63,171 bases of DNA, filler included, from Pirum gemmata (GCA_002812295.1; 14 parts of 14 records of this genome joined end to end with filler, not necessarily neighbours in it); one strand, 5' to 3'; shown: positions 1 to 14,600, counted from the whole stretch's first letter. Numbers and translations: made by a program. Notes: generated from the letters alone by a model not told the origin.

Positions 1-867
1 TACAGAAAATGATGCGTTGCATAATTTGCAATATGTATCTTATAACAAACTGATTATTTTCATGTAAAAATGGAAAAAATGTAATTGTGAAGAAAGTTAA
101 ATAATATAAATAATATAAATAAGATTTACAATAGTAAATATATAGATAAATGTATAACTCAGATGTATAACCGTTAATTAAAGATTAAGTATTATAATAC
201 AAAATTTAATGTAAAATATTAATAAATAAATATATAACTCAGATGTATAACCGTTAAAGATTAAGTACTATAATACAAAATTTAATGTAAAATGTTAATA
301 AATAAATATAAATAAAAACCACCCTAAAATCGAACTCATATTGGCTTGAGCAAGTTATTCTCGCTCACTGAGTAGTCTTGGTTCTGGACTAACAGAAACT
401 AGTAATGGACACTTCCTTGCGGGCTCTTCCTATCATAGTTTTTTGACATTTCGTTTATTGATTTATAATTATGTATACTATGATAATAATATTATACTAT
501 CTACTTTATTATTGTTTTTATACACTGTCTACTCTATGATAGCTACTATAACTACCTGGTACTAAGCCTCTAGCTAGCTAGCTAGTAGTCTCTACGGGGA
601 TGTGCGGGGACGGGGTAGGCTACGCTACGACACGACACTACGGGGTAGGGTCTAGCTAGCTAGCTAGCTAAGTAGCAAGGCGCTACCACCAAGCGTTACG
701 GGGGCTTTCACCCTCTATGGCGACGTATTCAAACGCACTTAGACTGACCATCAACCCAGAAAACACGTCTATTATCGATAGCTATTAGCTATCACCCCCC
801 GATACCTGGTATGATAGCTACTGTAGACCTGAGCTATGATAATATGACATAATATGATATCTGATAT

Positions 868-1065
868 TGTGCTTTTCATTTATTTTGTCACTCTGAATAG
901 TTACTTATTTTATTTGGTGGTTTATAACCTTTAAATTGACATTTTTAAACGAATAAATAGATGGTAAAATGTACCAAATATTAATTAAATAAAAGGGATT
1001 TATATTGTATTAATTTGGTACTCTTTATTGTATATTTTATTATAACAAAATAACTGAAAAGCACT
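868..1065 (+). mobile_element. MITE family B (~190 bp)
   Basis: TIR GTGCTTTTCA...TGAAAAGCAC; near-identical copies on another contig at 51155-51338, 51371-51537 (partial), 52705-52880 (minus) and 53045-53227. Confidence 0.8.
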
Positions 1066-1512
1066 ACCGGGTAGATCCAGCTGGGTAGACCACCCGGACC
1101 TGGGTCTAGGGTCTAGTCGTCTAGCTAGTAGTAGCTCTAGTAGCAGGTCTATAAATAGGATAATATGATACCTTTTTACTAGCCTGGGCATAGAAAAGTG
1201 ACAAGTCTTTTCTCAGTATGATATCATCGATACATCAGACTGGTACTAAGACGTATCAAATATATAACATAAGCATATATGATACTACCCGACATGATAT
1301 ATCACGCTATATCACGATATCATATCAATATATCATATTATTATATATGATAATATGAGTCCGTGGTCCATCATTTTCATAGAATCGTAGTATATTTATT
1401 CTCAGTATTTATTCATAGTCTATATCAACTGATATGATACTGGTAGTCTATCAGATAAGCTATAAAATAAGATGTAATTTTTTTTTGCTGATAAGAACTT
1501 TTTTTTTTTTTT

Positions 1513-1870
1513 TCAAACAACCAAGTCGGATAAAAAAAATAAAAAAAAAAAAAAAAGCCTCTTTTCTAAAAACTTTTTTTAAATGTTAAACTTGCCAAAT
1601 TATTTTTAAAAATTAGCCATTGGTTCATAATAGAGTTTTATTAGTTAGACTATTCTCAAAATTTTGGTAGTCCAAAAATCTGAAAGTACCTAGCTAGTCT
1701 AAGGCCTCTCTGGCTAGGTAGATGAAAGTACTGGTACTTGAGAAATCGTGTAACTAAGAAAACTCTATTATGAACAATTTATGAACAATAATAATTTTAA
1801 TATATGTTTTCAGAAAAGAAGTCAAAAAAAATGGTTTCTACAGTTTTATCTGGCTTAGCCTAAGCCAAAA
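1513..1870. mobile_element. Repeat family A, two partial copies in inverted orientation
   Basis: CCATTGGTTCATAATAGAGTTTT (~1618-1640) faces AAAACTCTATTATGAAC (~1759-1775); ends AAACAACCAAGTCGGATAAAA and TTTTATCTGGCTTAG sit between T- and A-runs. Confidence 0.65.
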
Positions 1871-2178
1871 AAAAAAAAGACAGAGAAGAATCAGAAGATA
1901 TCGATAAGCTTGATAAACAAAAAAAATACTAGTAAAAAAATATAATAATATATCCGATATGATATAATTATGTATATTATATTACAGTATGCATAAAAAA
2001 AAAAATTCAAAAAATACAGTAAGAAAAGTAAGAAAAATAAGAACAATAAAAATAAAATTATCATTAATTATTCATAATTATCATAATGTTTAAATGATGA
2101 TAAAGACAAGGCATTTTTTTGTTTCAGAGTCGTAAAGTATAATCTTTTCCCCAAAACTCAAATCCCACTTACCGTAAA

Positions 2179-4005
2179 ATGCATCTCACACATAACTCTT
2201 TTCATGATAACTACATTAATGTAAAACTGTATCAAGATAAAATTGCTTCCCTTTCAATTAATAACTCATTATATGATTATGAAGGGCTAGATTTGAACAA
2301 GGATTCTTATGTACAATACGCATATATCATAGCAGGAGCTATTTCATTCATTTTCAATATCATTGTCTGTTTGTCATATTCGCTTTTTCCCAGAACCAGA
2401 CAACGTCCATCTAATATACTTCTCTTTAGAAGTTTATCTGATCTTTTACTTTCAGTAAACTTCATTTTGTCTGCTGTTTTCACTATTCTCATGTTAAAAT
2501 CGGATCTTTTGGAACGAAACGATGATTACAATAATAATTATACTGAGCATATGTTTTGTACTGTCAATGGTTTTATCACCCAATATTGTTTGACAAGCTC
2601 TTACATGTGGTTTCTCATTGTATCAATAGATTTGATGCTAACCATTCGAAATCCTTTTAGACACAGAATGCAAAATATGTATTTTTATCAATTTCTGGCG
2701 ATAAGGTAATCATCCCATTTTCTTTATTTTAACTTTTTTAAATAATTTTCTTTTTAATATTTGTTGTTGATATTCTTATCATTCTTAAAATATTATTATT
2801 ATTATACGTGGAATACCTTCTTTCGGTTTTGCTATGTATGTGGCATAGACCCCATACACAATTTTTTTCATTATTATTATTATTATTATTGTTCTTCTTG
2901 TACTAATATTTTAATACTTTTAATAGTATTAGCATTTTGTTATCTGTAATACCAGCGATTTACGACATGTATGGTACTTCCTTTTTTAAATTTTGTTGGA
3001 TTAAATTAAACCCAAACCCCAACGACATAAATTACTTTTCTTGGGGTTTTTCATTCTTGCCTGTTTGTGTCGCCTATTTCATTTCTAGCATAATTCTCTG
3101 CTACGCTTACTGGGTTATGTATGATGGATTAAGGTATGTAAGTTGTATGAGTTCAATCACATTTGGAGTTTTATTTGTGGTACTAGTTTAAGTTTTCTTG
3201 CGTTTTGATTGATCATATTTTTTGTCAGAGGTATTTTTATCACTTCTCTTAAAGTACGAAGATACTACTAAACACCTCTCACCTCTCATCTTTCTTAATT
3301 CTTCATTTACTGAATAGAAATCGTTCATGTCGTCGCCGAATAATTTTTCAAAGTACTGTTTATATGTTAACTTTTGGTACATTATGGACCTACAGTGGTA
3401 TGCATTTTGTGAGTGATTGTATTTTTGATAAATTTATGATAACAGTTTTGTTGCAAAACTTATATTGACTTGATTCGTGTTAAAATTATAAAAAATTATT
3501 CCACTATACAACGACAAAAAGAATTAGGAAATAAAAATGAATCAAGCAATACAGCAGTTCAATAAAAAGTTTTCAATATTGATTATACAGTAGTAATCAA
3601 CCATTATGTACTTTTGACCCCTCAACTTCTCAATCTTTCTATCATTCAGGTCTACAATATAATTTGATATATCAGTATTTCCATACATCATCTAAGTGTG
3701 TTTTTATTTATACACAGGAATTGTGTGGGCTCTACAATATACCGCGCCGTCGCCTACTGTATATTATGAAATTCTATTTGCCATTTCTATTGCATTAAGG
3801 GGAATTACAAATCTAGTAGCATTTGGTTATAACCATGTGTGGTTGTTGGATTTAGAATTCAATAGCAATAAAACAAAAGAAAAGAAGTCTCGGATTGATA
3901 TATTTTGGGCACTTTGTGGCATTTTCAAAACTCGCTTGTTCAGTAGAAAACCCAAAGGAAAACGTAATGTATATTCGATTGACAACGTTGCTGAATTCTC
4001 TGAAG
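2179..4005 (+). CDS. 7TM GPCR of the cAMP-receptor-like / GPCR-PIPK receptor type; partial, exons 2179-2705, 2927-3133, 3318-3397, 3718-4005
   Basis: All three GT-AG introns join in phase. Seven hydrophobic segments with RPSNILLFRSLSD, C..NGFITQY...SSYMWF...DL...IRNPF, FCWIK and RGITNLVAF motifs. A further donor (GAAG|GTTAG at 4006) implies the C-terminus is lost in the N gap. Confidence 0.8.
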
Positions 4006-4392
4006 GTTAGTTTTGAAATTAGTCTTTGTAAGCTCAAATCCTATTACTATTATNNNNNNNNNNNNNNNNNNNNNNNNNNNNNNNNNNNNNNNNNNNNNNN
4101 NNNNNNNNNNNNNNNNNNNNNNNNNNNNNNNNNNNNNNNNNNNNNNNNNNNNNNNNNNNNNNNNNTATTTGTTTTACTTGTATTTGTTCTAAATTGCTTT
4201 GTTATTTTTGCTAGTATTGCGAACATAATTTGACAGTAACAATAAAAACATTAACAATATTAATAATATGCAATAATAAGAATAACAAGAGCAGTAACAA
4301 CAATAACAAAAACAATACTGGTTTCATTAATTATAACAACAGTGATCGTGATGGTAGTTAAAATTTGTAATTATTGTTTATTTTTTCAAAAG

Positions 4393-4611
4393 GGATTTCA
4401 AACCTTGGGTAGAGCACAAGTGAATTTTGGAGAATTTCACATTGGATTAAAATCTTTTTACAAAGCGAAACATTTAAATCCCGCACTTGAGTTTATCTAC
4501 GAAGATATGAAATGGGCACAAAAACTGTGGAATGTAGAAAAAACTAGACTGAAAGAAGTGGGGCTAAATGGTGAATATAGTTGTCAATTACTTCCCAAAC
4601 GCATTCGGTGA
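4393..4611 (+). CDS. TTC33: Tetratricopeptide repeat protein 33-like, last exon
   Basis: Acceptor TTTCAAAAG| then GFQTLGRAQVNFGE...SFYKAKHLNP...EDMKWA, matching the TTC33 C-terminal QTLGRAQ...EDLxWA motif. Confidence 0.7.
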   Translation, partial: GFQTLGRAQVNFGEFHIGLKSFYKAKHLNPALEFIYEDMKWAQKLWNVEKTRLKEVGLNGEYSCQLLPKRIR

Positions 4612-4897
4612 TATACCCTTAATTTCGACCGCATAAATTTCTATAAGCAAAATTAATTGATAAACGTGTTTCCTATGCACACACTCCTATAAAAGTTGCT
4701 TCCGTATTTTATTAGTTCATGATGCGAACAGGAGGGCACAAACAGCAAACTACACGCATTATTTCTGCATCTTAATCAAAGCAGTATGTCTCCCATCAAC
4801 ACATTGTATAATGTATATAATATTTAGACGTAGAAAAAAAGAGAAAAAAAACTAGAAAAATACCAGATGCATATTACCATAAAACTGCCATATGGTA

Positions 4898-4997
4898 NNN
4901 NNNNNNNNNNNNNNNNNNNNNNNNNNNNNNNNNNNNNNNNNTTAATTAATTAANNNNNNNNNNNNNNNNNNNNNNNNNNNNNNNNNNNNNNNNNNNN
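4898..4997. other. Artificial contig-joining spacer (first of 13)
   Basis: N-run + TTAATTAATTAA (stops in all six frames) + N-run, ~100 bp. Recurs at about 9084, 13236, 17417, 21572, 25751, 29916, 34074, 39303, 43480, 47589, 53491 and 57660. Confidence 0.97.
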
Positions 4998-5393
4998 TAT
5001 TATTATTAATAATAATAATAAACGAACGTATGATTGAAAAATAATAAAATTGAAAATAGATAGTTACAACCAATTTTTTTTAAATAATATATAAATATCA
5101 TATTTATTGAAATATAAAATAAAAAAATAAAATTAAAAATTAAAAATAAAAATAAAAAATTAGATTTTTTAAAAAAAAAAAAATATTTATCTGGGACTAC
5201 AACGTTCAAAACCCTTTAGAAACGAAGATTAATTATTGTTAGCTCATTTGTTTAAAGTTCGTTTTGTTTGTTTGTTTGTCTGTACACCCACAAAAAGAAA
5301 CTTTTTATTTTAAATTTACAAACTAAATCTTTTCTTCTTTTCCTCTTTCTTTTTTCTTATTTCTTCAAACATTGTTGCAAGTCCCTTTTAGTG

Positions 5394-5574
5394 TCACAGA
5401 CTCAATATTTTATTAAGCGAATGAAAATGAACATTAGCAATGCTAAAACCTACACCAAGCCTTTTACCAACGGTAAGAGGTGCTGAGTTATTAACACGTT
5501 TATCATACTCCAAGTTATCAATGTATTCTAATTTACTGTCGTTACCACATTTTTTAACCTTCCCGTATGAACTG
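5394..5574 (-). CDS. Probable terminal exon of an unknown gene
   Basis: Acceptor TTGTTTCAG| then open frame SYGKVKKCGNDSKLEYIDNLEYDKRVNNSAPLTVGKRLG..., higher GC than flanks; family not recognised. Confidence 0.3.
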
Positions 5575-6139
5575 AAACAAGTTAAATTTAACAACCATAT
5601 TATTATCAAAACTGTTGCCTGTTCATGAAGACTTTTATTCTTTAGTTCTATTGCAGAAATGCTAGCTTTTCTCATCTGGGCATACGAAATAATAATATAT
5701 AGATGTATGTAATAGTTTGTTTTATTTATTTATTTATTTATTTTTGTCAAAACTTACTATTTTTTTTCAAAAAAAAACATGAATTACAAGTAAATATTTA
5801 TTATTATTGTAGTTGTTTGTTGTTATTGTTGCTGTTTTTATTTTATTTTTTTATAAAAAAAATATTCACTACGAAGTAGATACTTTTTCATATTATTATT
5901 ATTTTCTTTTCATTTTTGCTTATTTATAGTATTATTTTATTATTATTTATTTATTTTGTTGTTGTTGTTGCTTTGCTATTGTTTTAGTTGTTTTGTTTTA
6001 GAGTTTGTTTTGTTGCTGTTTTTTTTTTTTGGTTTTTTTTGGTTTTTTTGTTTTTTTTTTTTTTTTGCCAAAAAAGGTTGAAAAANNNNNNNNNNNNNNN
6101 NNNNNNNNNNNNNNNNNNNNNNNNNNNNNNNNNNNNNNN

Positions 6140-6441
<302 letters not shown>

Positions 6442-6489
6442 AAAAAAAAATGATAGGTTTTTTTTTTTTTTTTTTTTTTTTTATATTTT

Positions 6490-6520
<31 letters not shown>

Positions 6521-8024
6521 TAAAATAAAAAATTATGCAAAGGGAAGACCTATAGTAGCTAGTAGCCTAAGTTCGAGACTGTTTTTTAAAGTCATGTTTA
6601 CCAACAAAGTTATAACATAAACTTCACACACTTGAAAATAATAATCATAATAATACATCACTATGATGGATAATAGGCAAATTAAAGCAATCGATTTACC
6701 AACTGAGGTAGAAACATCTACCATCGAAGAAATAACAGCTGAACGCAATTTGTTGTCAACTGAGGTAGGAGAAAAAATAGCAGTTACACAAACATCTACG
6801 ATTCAAGAAATAACAACTGACCCTCTTGAAAAAATATTTTCCTAACTCTCTAAACTTTCCTTGAAAATAGGGTAAAATAATATATCAAAGACTGTCATAA
6901 TTTTCATGCAAATAATTTTTAAAAACGACCAACTTTTAGATTTCACTATAATTTTCAGTTTTCGAAAATAAGTGGTGTAATAATAGGTATTTAATAAGTT
7001 TGAAATTTTCAATCATAAAAAAAAAGTGACTTTTTTAATTATTGGTAAAAAAAAAAAAGTAGGCTGGTTTTAGATTGTCTGCACCATATTATTTAGCTAT
7101 GGTAGACTTATGGTAGGCTATTTATATATAGCTATTTATATAGGTTGAGTATAGGTAACAGGTTGGATTTGAAATCGGAATTTCAGAAACAAAAACCCAA
7201 TAAAATTGGAGAAAAAATGCAGAAATGTTAGTGTACTGTACTTGTACTGTGTACAATGTACATCGTATGATTATGATAATGATACTGTATGATACTGAGA
7301 ATAGCCCAATATTCACTATATATAATATATACATACATGTCAATTGACGAGAATGAATAAATAATAATTGCTGTAAATAGTTTGTAAAAATAAATTAAAA
7401 AACGTAGTAAAAATATCACTAACCTTAATGACCCTAATGACCCTAACCCTAATCCTAACCCTAATAACTGTATTGAATAACTCTAAACTTTAAGAGGATG
7501 AGATAAATTTTATTTGAAAAAAGTCAAAATATTATAATTAATTAAATGTTAGACTTAATGGCGGTAAAGATGAAGATGGGGATGAGGGGTATTTATATAA
7601 TTATGAGTAGAAAAATATTTATTTGGAATTAATATTAAATTGATGATTAACTACAAAACATTAATTTTCTTCATTAATAACGGTACAGTATTGGCAATAG
7701 TATTGGGGCTGTATTTGTGAATAGTGTTACTGGTGAGAGTAAAATGGCAGTAGTAACAGCACAGCTCCAATTAACTAACCCGCGGTTGTAAATTACTTTT
7801 CTAAGTCATTTTAACAAAGTGATACCAGCTCATCCAAACTTTATTGGTGCGTTTACCTAAAATGGAGCTATTTGCCAAATATGTAGTCTCTTAAACATAG
7901 TAATATTTAACAAATACGGTCCGTTACGTAATAATCTAAATCTTACAGGGTGCGACATTTTTAAATTTGTTAGTATTTTTCCAATTTTGCATGGAATTAA
8001 CAATTTGTAATTTTGTATCAGTTT

Positions 8025-8424
8025 GCCCTCGCCTAGACCTAGTTATTTTTTTAAAAAATACTACCATAAAATACTACTGGGTTTATATAAATTGACTTTT
8101 TTCGGTCCAATTCTGATCTTGAAATGTATTTTTATTCGTGAAAAATATAAATGGGAAAAATTGTGAATGAATCATCAGTCTACTATTAGTTGGTTATAAA
8201 GTATAATTTAACCAATACTATGCAACAGTGTAATGCCCTCGCCTAGACCTAGTTATATAAATACTACCATAAAATACTACTGGGTTTATATAAATTGGTC
8301 CAATTCTGGTCTTGAAATGTATTTTTATTCGTAAAAATATAAATGGGAAAAATTGTGAATGAATCATCAGTCTACTATTAGTTGGTTATAAAGTATAATT
8401 TAACCAATACTATACAACAGTGTA
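8025..8424. repeat. Tandem duplication, ~200-bp unit x2
   Basis: TGCCCTCGCCTAGACCTAGTTA...AATACTAT(G/A)CAACAGTGTA repeated at ~8025 and ~8234. Confidence 0.9.
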
Positions 8425-8493
8425 TTACGGTCCAATAGTTATACGTTTTTATATATATTTTTTTACAGAGTAAAAATAAAAATAGTGTAAAAA

Positions 8494-8713
8494 TAGGAGG
8501 GGTGAGAACTCTTATGGCGAACTTTTTTGACCGAGGCACAAAGTAAATGTTGTTCGCCTGTTTCGCCTTACCATATTTAGTATTTGTAATTATTTATTTA
8601 GTANTACTTTAAAAAGAGTTTATTATACTATTTATAGTAACTTTAGGCAAATTTCTGGAAGTTCGCCGGTCCGAGCATCCAATTGGTAAGATGACGTCAT
8701 CTCATCCCTCCTG
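8494..8713. mobile_element. MITE family E
   Basis: Termini AGGAGGGGTGAGA...TCTCATCCCTCCT; relatives at 25652-25750, ~27763-27800, 27892-28138 and ~35741-35765. Confidence 0.6.
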
Positions 8714-8879
8714 TAAAAATACTGTGTACAAAAATATTTGCTAAATAAATGTTTGCATTTATAATAAGTGTCGTGTAGTGTCATTATCTAATCATAGCAC
8801 GATGCACGAATACGTAAGCTAAGACTACTAGAAGAGACTAGACTATCAGAAGAGTTTTTTTTTTTCTGGATAGTCTAAA

Positions 8880-9083
8880 CCACAAAAATCATTTTACCTT
8901 TCATGATAACTAGCCGAATTATTTTTAAAAACTACCCATTAGTTTACAATAGCGTTTTCTTAGTTAAACAATTTCTCAAATTTTGGTAGCGCTTTCACAT
9001 TAAAATTGGAACATTTTGAGATTTTTCGGATTTTTGAGCTTATATGGTGTGGATGTCGCAATTTTTAATTTTTTATTCAGCTT
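8880..9083 (-). mobile_element. Repeat family A copy
   Basis: Reverse-orientation core AATTATTTTTAAAAACTA...TTTTGGTAG...AAAATTGGAACATTTTGAGATTTTTCGG. Confidence 0.75.
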
Positions 9084-9903
9084 NNNNNNNNNNNNNNNNN
9101 NNNNNNNNNNNNNNNNNNNNNNNNNNNTTAATTAATTAANNNNNNNNNNNNNNNNNNNNNNNNNNNNNNNNNNNNNNNNNNNNTAACCCTAACCCTAACC
9201 CTAACCCTAACCCTAACCTTACCCTATTCTACCCCTACACTATTAATCTAGTAGACCACAGGGGACATTTAAAATACCAATGTCATTAATTTTTCAATTC
9301 TACCCTTAATCTATTTAGCTAGCAGACTTTTGTACGCCACGGCTCGTGACGGCATATTTCCCCGTTTAATTGGAAATACCTTTGGAAAGAATAACACTCC
9401 AATAATAGCAAATGTTGTAAGTTTTAAAATGATAATTAAATAATAATCATAAGTCAATTTCAATTTGTTTATTCATTATTGTTTATCTATTATCATTAAT
9501 AATAATAACTATTTGTAATCGTTTTACTTAATTTGAAAATAACACTCGCAATAAACAATATTATAAGTTTTTAAAAAGATAATGATAATACTATATAGCA
9601 ATAGTCGATTTCAGTTGTTTTATATTATTTTTGTATTAGTTATCTATTATCATAATAATAACTATAATTGTAATTATAGTAATGTATAATTAATTTGAAA
9701 TTTTATTAAAGTAACACTCCAATAATAGACAATGTTATGGGATATTGATAACCCTAACCCTAACCCTAACCCTAACCCTAACCCTAACCCTAACCCTAAC
9801 CAACCTATAATAACACTAGTTGTTTTCAGTTGTTTTTTATTTATTATACATTGTTTATTTGTTATCATATTAAGTACTATAATTATAATTCTAGCAATGC
9901 ATT

Positions 9904-10001
<98 letters not shown>

Positions 10002-10208
10002 ATCTGTACAATGATATAGATTAATTGCAATTATCATTAATATACTTAATCATAAATACAATCATTTAATTTTTTACTATATAACTTACCTAATTTATAA
10101 TATTATCTTTTTATTTTATTTTTAAAAAAAAAAATTAGTTATTTTAAATTACAGTTTTTTGCAATTAAATTATAGTAGTCGTAGTTTTTTTCTTTTTAAA
10201 TAGTATAA

Positions 10209-10358
10209 ATGTTATATAATCGAATGATGACTAATAATAACAACCCTCACTCACTACGAAGTGATAGTGTAAATTTTCGGTGGTTAAACAATGAAAATCC
10301 CATATTGCCAACGGCATGGCTAAAAAAAATTAATGTAGATGAAATTGAAACTAAAAAG

Positions 10359-10395
<37 letters not shown>

Positions 10396-12002
10396 GAACT
10401 AAAAAAACAAAAGAAAGCACAGGTAAATTAATATTGACAATTTAATATTTAATATTTTATATTTGGTTTTGGTTTTGGTTTTGGTTTTGGTTTTGGTTTT
10501 GGTTTTGGTTTTTACCTTTTTGGTTATTATTGGTTTTTAATTTTTGGTTTTAATTCTTTTATGCCAATTCCTATCCTAACTGTTGATGACCTGAGCTCAT
10601 TTGTTATTTTTTATTAAAAAAAATAATTATAATCACTCTTTTTTATTAATAAACTCCTGTTAATTTTTTTAGTTTCATTATTACTATTATTAATTATTAT
10701 TATTATTATGAAAACATAGGTTTGGCGACTATAATGAGTTCTTTAAGTCAATTATTAATAAGCAATAAAGATCGTGATGAAGATAACAATAGTGATGATA
10801 ACAGTAACGACGAAAGTATAATAACGGAAAAAGGAATTGATTTAGAAATTATTAAAAAAGCCAAAAGCACTAGTACTACTTGTAGTAGCGTCAACACCAA
10901 AAAAAGTAAAAAGATAAAACAACAACAAGAAGAAGATCACTCACTAAAAAGCGAAGAAGTAACTAGCACGGATGATGAAAAAGATTTAAGAATTGACGAA
11001 GATCCTAAATATGGTGATAATAATAATAATAATATATTACATTCCCCTAACAATATTAAAAACAACTATGGATCAAAAATTAACTCCCCTGAAAAACAAT
11101 GCCATGCTGTAAATGAAAATAATATAGAAAATAACTGTGATATTGACGGTATGAGTGATGATGATATTATTAATGAAAAAGAAGATGATGGTGCTCCAGA
11201 CGAAGCAGCTGATTTCCATAACAGAAGGGATGTGATTAAAAAGGAATCCAACAAAAAAATTTGTTCTCACTGTAGTACAACTGAAACATCATTATGGCGT
11301 TATAATTCGGTGACGGCTAGTAAAGTTTGTAATGCTTGTTGGTTGTATGTCAAAAAATACAAGAAGCCACGTCCATTGTCTTTGAAAAAAGTTGTGGTCG
11401 AGCGTCGAAAAACAAAAAGAAAAACCAGTAAAAGACCATCTTTTGGTCAAGTCTTAATGTATAATCATACTGGTGCACCACCTCATCATCACAGCACCAA
11501 CACACTTAGCAGTAGACCGGTTTTTAATTCTACTGATCCTTTCAGTCTAAGAAGGTATAGTTTACCTAATAAGTATGGTACCCCTTCTGATTCCTCTTAT
11601 TTAAGTTTCAGACAAGAACAAAGTATGCAAATACAATACCAACGTCAGCAACAATATTCACACGCTCACCAACAACAACAGCAACAGCAACAGCAACAGC
11701 AACAACAGCAACAGCAACAGCAACAACCTGGATATTATGCAACTCGTGTGGAACAAGTTACTACTAACTTTTTCATTCCGCAGGGAGCAGCACCCAAATT
11801 ACAAAATACCAACTTTTATGATAACAACGACTATAGAGCTAATATTTATTACAACCACCCAACTAACAACAATACTGCTAATAATAATAATAATAATAAT
11901 ACCAATAGTAATAGTCATGAAGCTAACAGTAAAAGCAACAGGTTTGACCCATATACCACCCACCATAATAACAGTAACAAATTCTGTGATTTACTACAAA
12001 CA

Positions 12003-12042
<40 letters not shown>

Positions 12043-12971
12043 GTGGCAATAGTAGCAATATCACATCCAAATTAATTAATGACAACTCATTTTATGTTGC
12101 GGAAGCCAGAAAAACAACTACTACTACTACTACAAACCCCCATGTTAGTCCTTCGTGGTCTCTTAATTCAAACCCAGGTAACCCTAATACCTCACCTTCT
12201 TTTCCTCCATCTAGTAGCCCAGCTTTAATGTCTCCAGCAAATCACAATTCTGACATAATTGATGAACATGTACATCAAAACCGTATGCAAAATGAGTATA
12301 CTATGATGTTGAGACGTAGCTCAATGTCATCACCTCAGCCCTCATTAACACCTTCAGCAGCCGAGGTCAACGCTATTTCTTCTTTAGTAAGTTTGAATAA
12401 TAGCAATAATAGTAACCAACATAAACAACAACCACAATATCAACATGACAGCAGCAATAATTATAATAATGAAGATTCCATGATACACCAACCACACACA
12501 ACTACCACTACTTTTACCAAATCAGCTTTGCGAGTTAGTCGTACATTGCCCGATTTGTGTGTACTGGGTCAATTTGAGAATATGATTACGGGACAAAAAA
12601 ACCATCAGCATACACACTCACAACACCCACAACACAATATACACCAATCACCACTAACACAACCGCAACAACAACAACCCCAAAACCAACACCCACCACA
12701 GTATCAACATCAATATCAACAACAACAACACCAACATCATCCACAACAAGATCAACAACAACATCAATCACAAAACGTGCAGATATTAAATCGTACAACT
12801 CGAAGTTCAGAATTGCACAATACGCAATCCTTGCCTCTTACTTTTAATGGTAGTGAGAGTGGGAATAATAATAGTTGTAATAATAATTCTGGATTTATAT
12901 GTAGCAATAGTATTGTTATGAGTGATAATATTAATAGTGGTGTACATCATAATAACGATTTTATCATGTAA
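10209..12971 (+). CDS. GATA zinc-finger transcription factor, Asn/Gln-rich; exons 10209-10422 and 10720-12971
   Basis: Intron ACAG|GTAAAT...CATAG|GT joins in phase. Finger CSHC-x18-CNAC followed by basic KKYKKPRP tail; 749-codon open second exon. Confidence 0.88.
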
Positions 12972-13065
12972 TTATAAATAAAGTTAAAATTTATTTCTAA
13001 AATATATACGCTAATAATTTTTTTTTAATTTTTAATTAATTATAATTATATCATTGTAATATTAT

Positions 13066-13235
13066 TGTCTATTTCATTAAAGCTGTCCTCTCGATCTTTA
13101 ATTTGGTACTGTCTAAGTGTATAATTAAACTTGTTTTTAAAATAAAACATTAAGTATAAAATACCAAATTAATTAAAACATGTCTGATAGTTTAACCATA
13201 ATTGAACTTGACAACATTATCTATTGAAAAACACG
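13066..13235 (+). mobile_element. MITE family C copy
   Basis: TCCTCTC.ATCTTTAATTTGGTACTGT.TAAGTGTATAATT...TGAAAAACACG; other copies at 41483-41677, 57450-57643 and 62025-62260. Confidence 0.75.
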
Positions 13236-13603
13236 NNNNNNNNNNNNNNNNNNNNNNNNNNNNNNNNNNNNNNNNNNNNTTAATTAATTAANNNNNNNNN
13301 NNNNNNNNNNNNNNNNNNNNNNNNNNNNNNNNNNNATTATAATTATTATTATTTCGCGATTTGAGCCGTCAATACACTTATTCCACTATTAAACTATTTT
13401 GTGGTTCATTGATGATTTTATGATATTTCTTTTGTATTTTTTTTATATTGTGTTTGCTGACTTTATTTCTTTATCCATTCGTTTTATATTTCTTGCCTCT
13501 TCTCTTTGGTTTTGGTTTTGATTCTATTTGTTCGGTTCGGCTCGGTTTGGTTCGTCTCGGTTTGGTTGGATTTGGTTTGGTTTTTTGTGTCGTTTTTTTT
13601 CAG

Positions 13604-14534
13604 GTTCAAGAATTTAAAATCGATACAGATGTTGTAACAACTACTGTCGAAGAAAAACAATTAATAGATTGTTGTGGTAAGGAAGATGCTGATTCTTCTG
13701 ATTGTGATGACCATGACTTCATGTAAGTTCTCACTCTTTTTCTTTTTTTTTTTTTTTTGTTGTTTTTGTTGTTGCTTTTTCCTTTGTATTTTTTTTTTTT
13801 TTCTTGCGTTTGTATTAATATTTGATCTATTGGTTTGTTTTTGTTCAATGTGCACTTTTCGGTTTTTAAGTATGTCAATTTTCTTTTTTTGTTTTTATGC
13901 CCTTTCTACTATAATAAATATGGTAATGGTGGTAAATATTGGCATTATTCTTTAGTGTTATTTTGTATTGTTGTTGTCGTTATTGTTTTACATCACTGTT
14001 TTTGTTCGGTTTTGTGTTTATTCTGTTTTGGAGCAACCATTTTCATTGTTAAATATTAATGATGATGCAAATAAAAAGACATTGATAATATAAATACAAG
14101 TAATAATTCCTGCAACACTGCTAAACTTTCTTATAAACAATAATTATGACAGCAATACCGTAATAAGAATGATATGTGATGTTACTCTGCAACTGCGCAA
14201 TATCGTTTAAAAAAGAATGCTTTTTGTTTTGTTTTGTGTTATTCCGATACTTTTCAATTCCCAATTCCCATCTTTATTATAGTTACCTTTGCTATTATTT
14301 ATTCATGTTATTGGGACTGTTTTGTATATTTCGAATGTTTTTGTTATTATATTTTCTAGGCAACTCCCGAACAAAGATCTATCTATCTTAAACAATACAT
14401 ATAGTGATGATGATAATGATGAAAGTGATGTCGAAGAGGATGCTGTAGTTTTTGATAAGTATGTATTCTTATTTTTATGTTTGTTAAAGTTTTGAGTAAA
14501 AACAAAATTCAAAAATATTATTATTATTCTTATT

Positions 14535-14600
<66 letters not shown>

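Noticed and set aside
3718..4611. Apparent GPCR-TPR fusion
   Set aside because: Separated by an N gap and splice phases are incompatible (phase-1 donor vs phase-0 acceptor); two different genes.
4942..4953. Regularly spaced TTAATTAATTAA palindromes about every 4.1 kb
   Set aside because: Always embedded in N-runs; assembly concatenation linkers, not biology.
7680..7960. GC-elevated coding-like patch (similar ones at 33710-34030 and 35200-35565)
   Set aside because: Stops in all frames examined and no confidently recognisable motif.
10722..12971. Alternative genetic code
   Set aside because: Long genes are open in the standard code and end at TAA or TGA; in-frame stops occur only in decayed elements.
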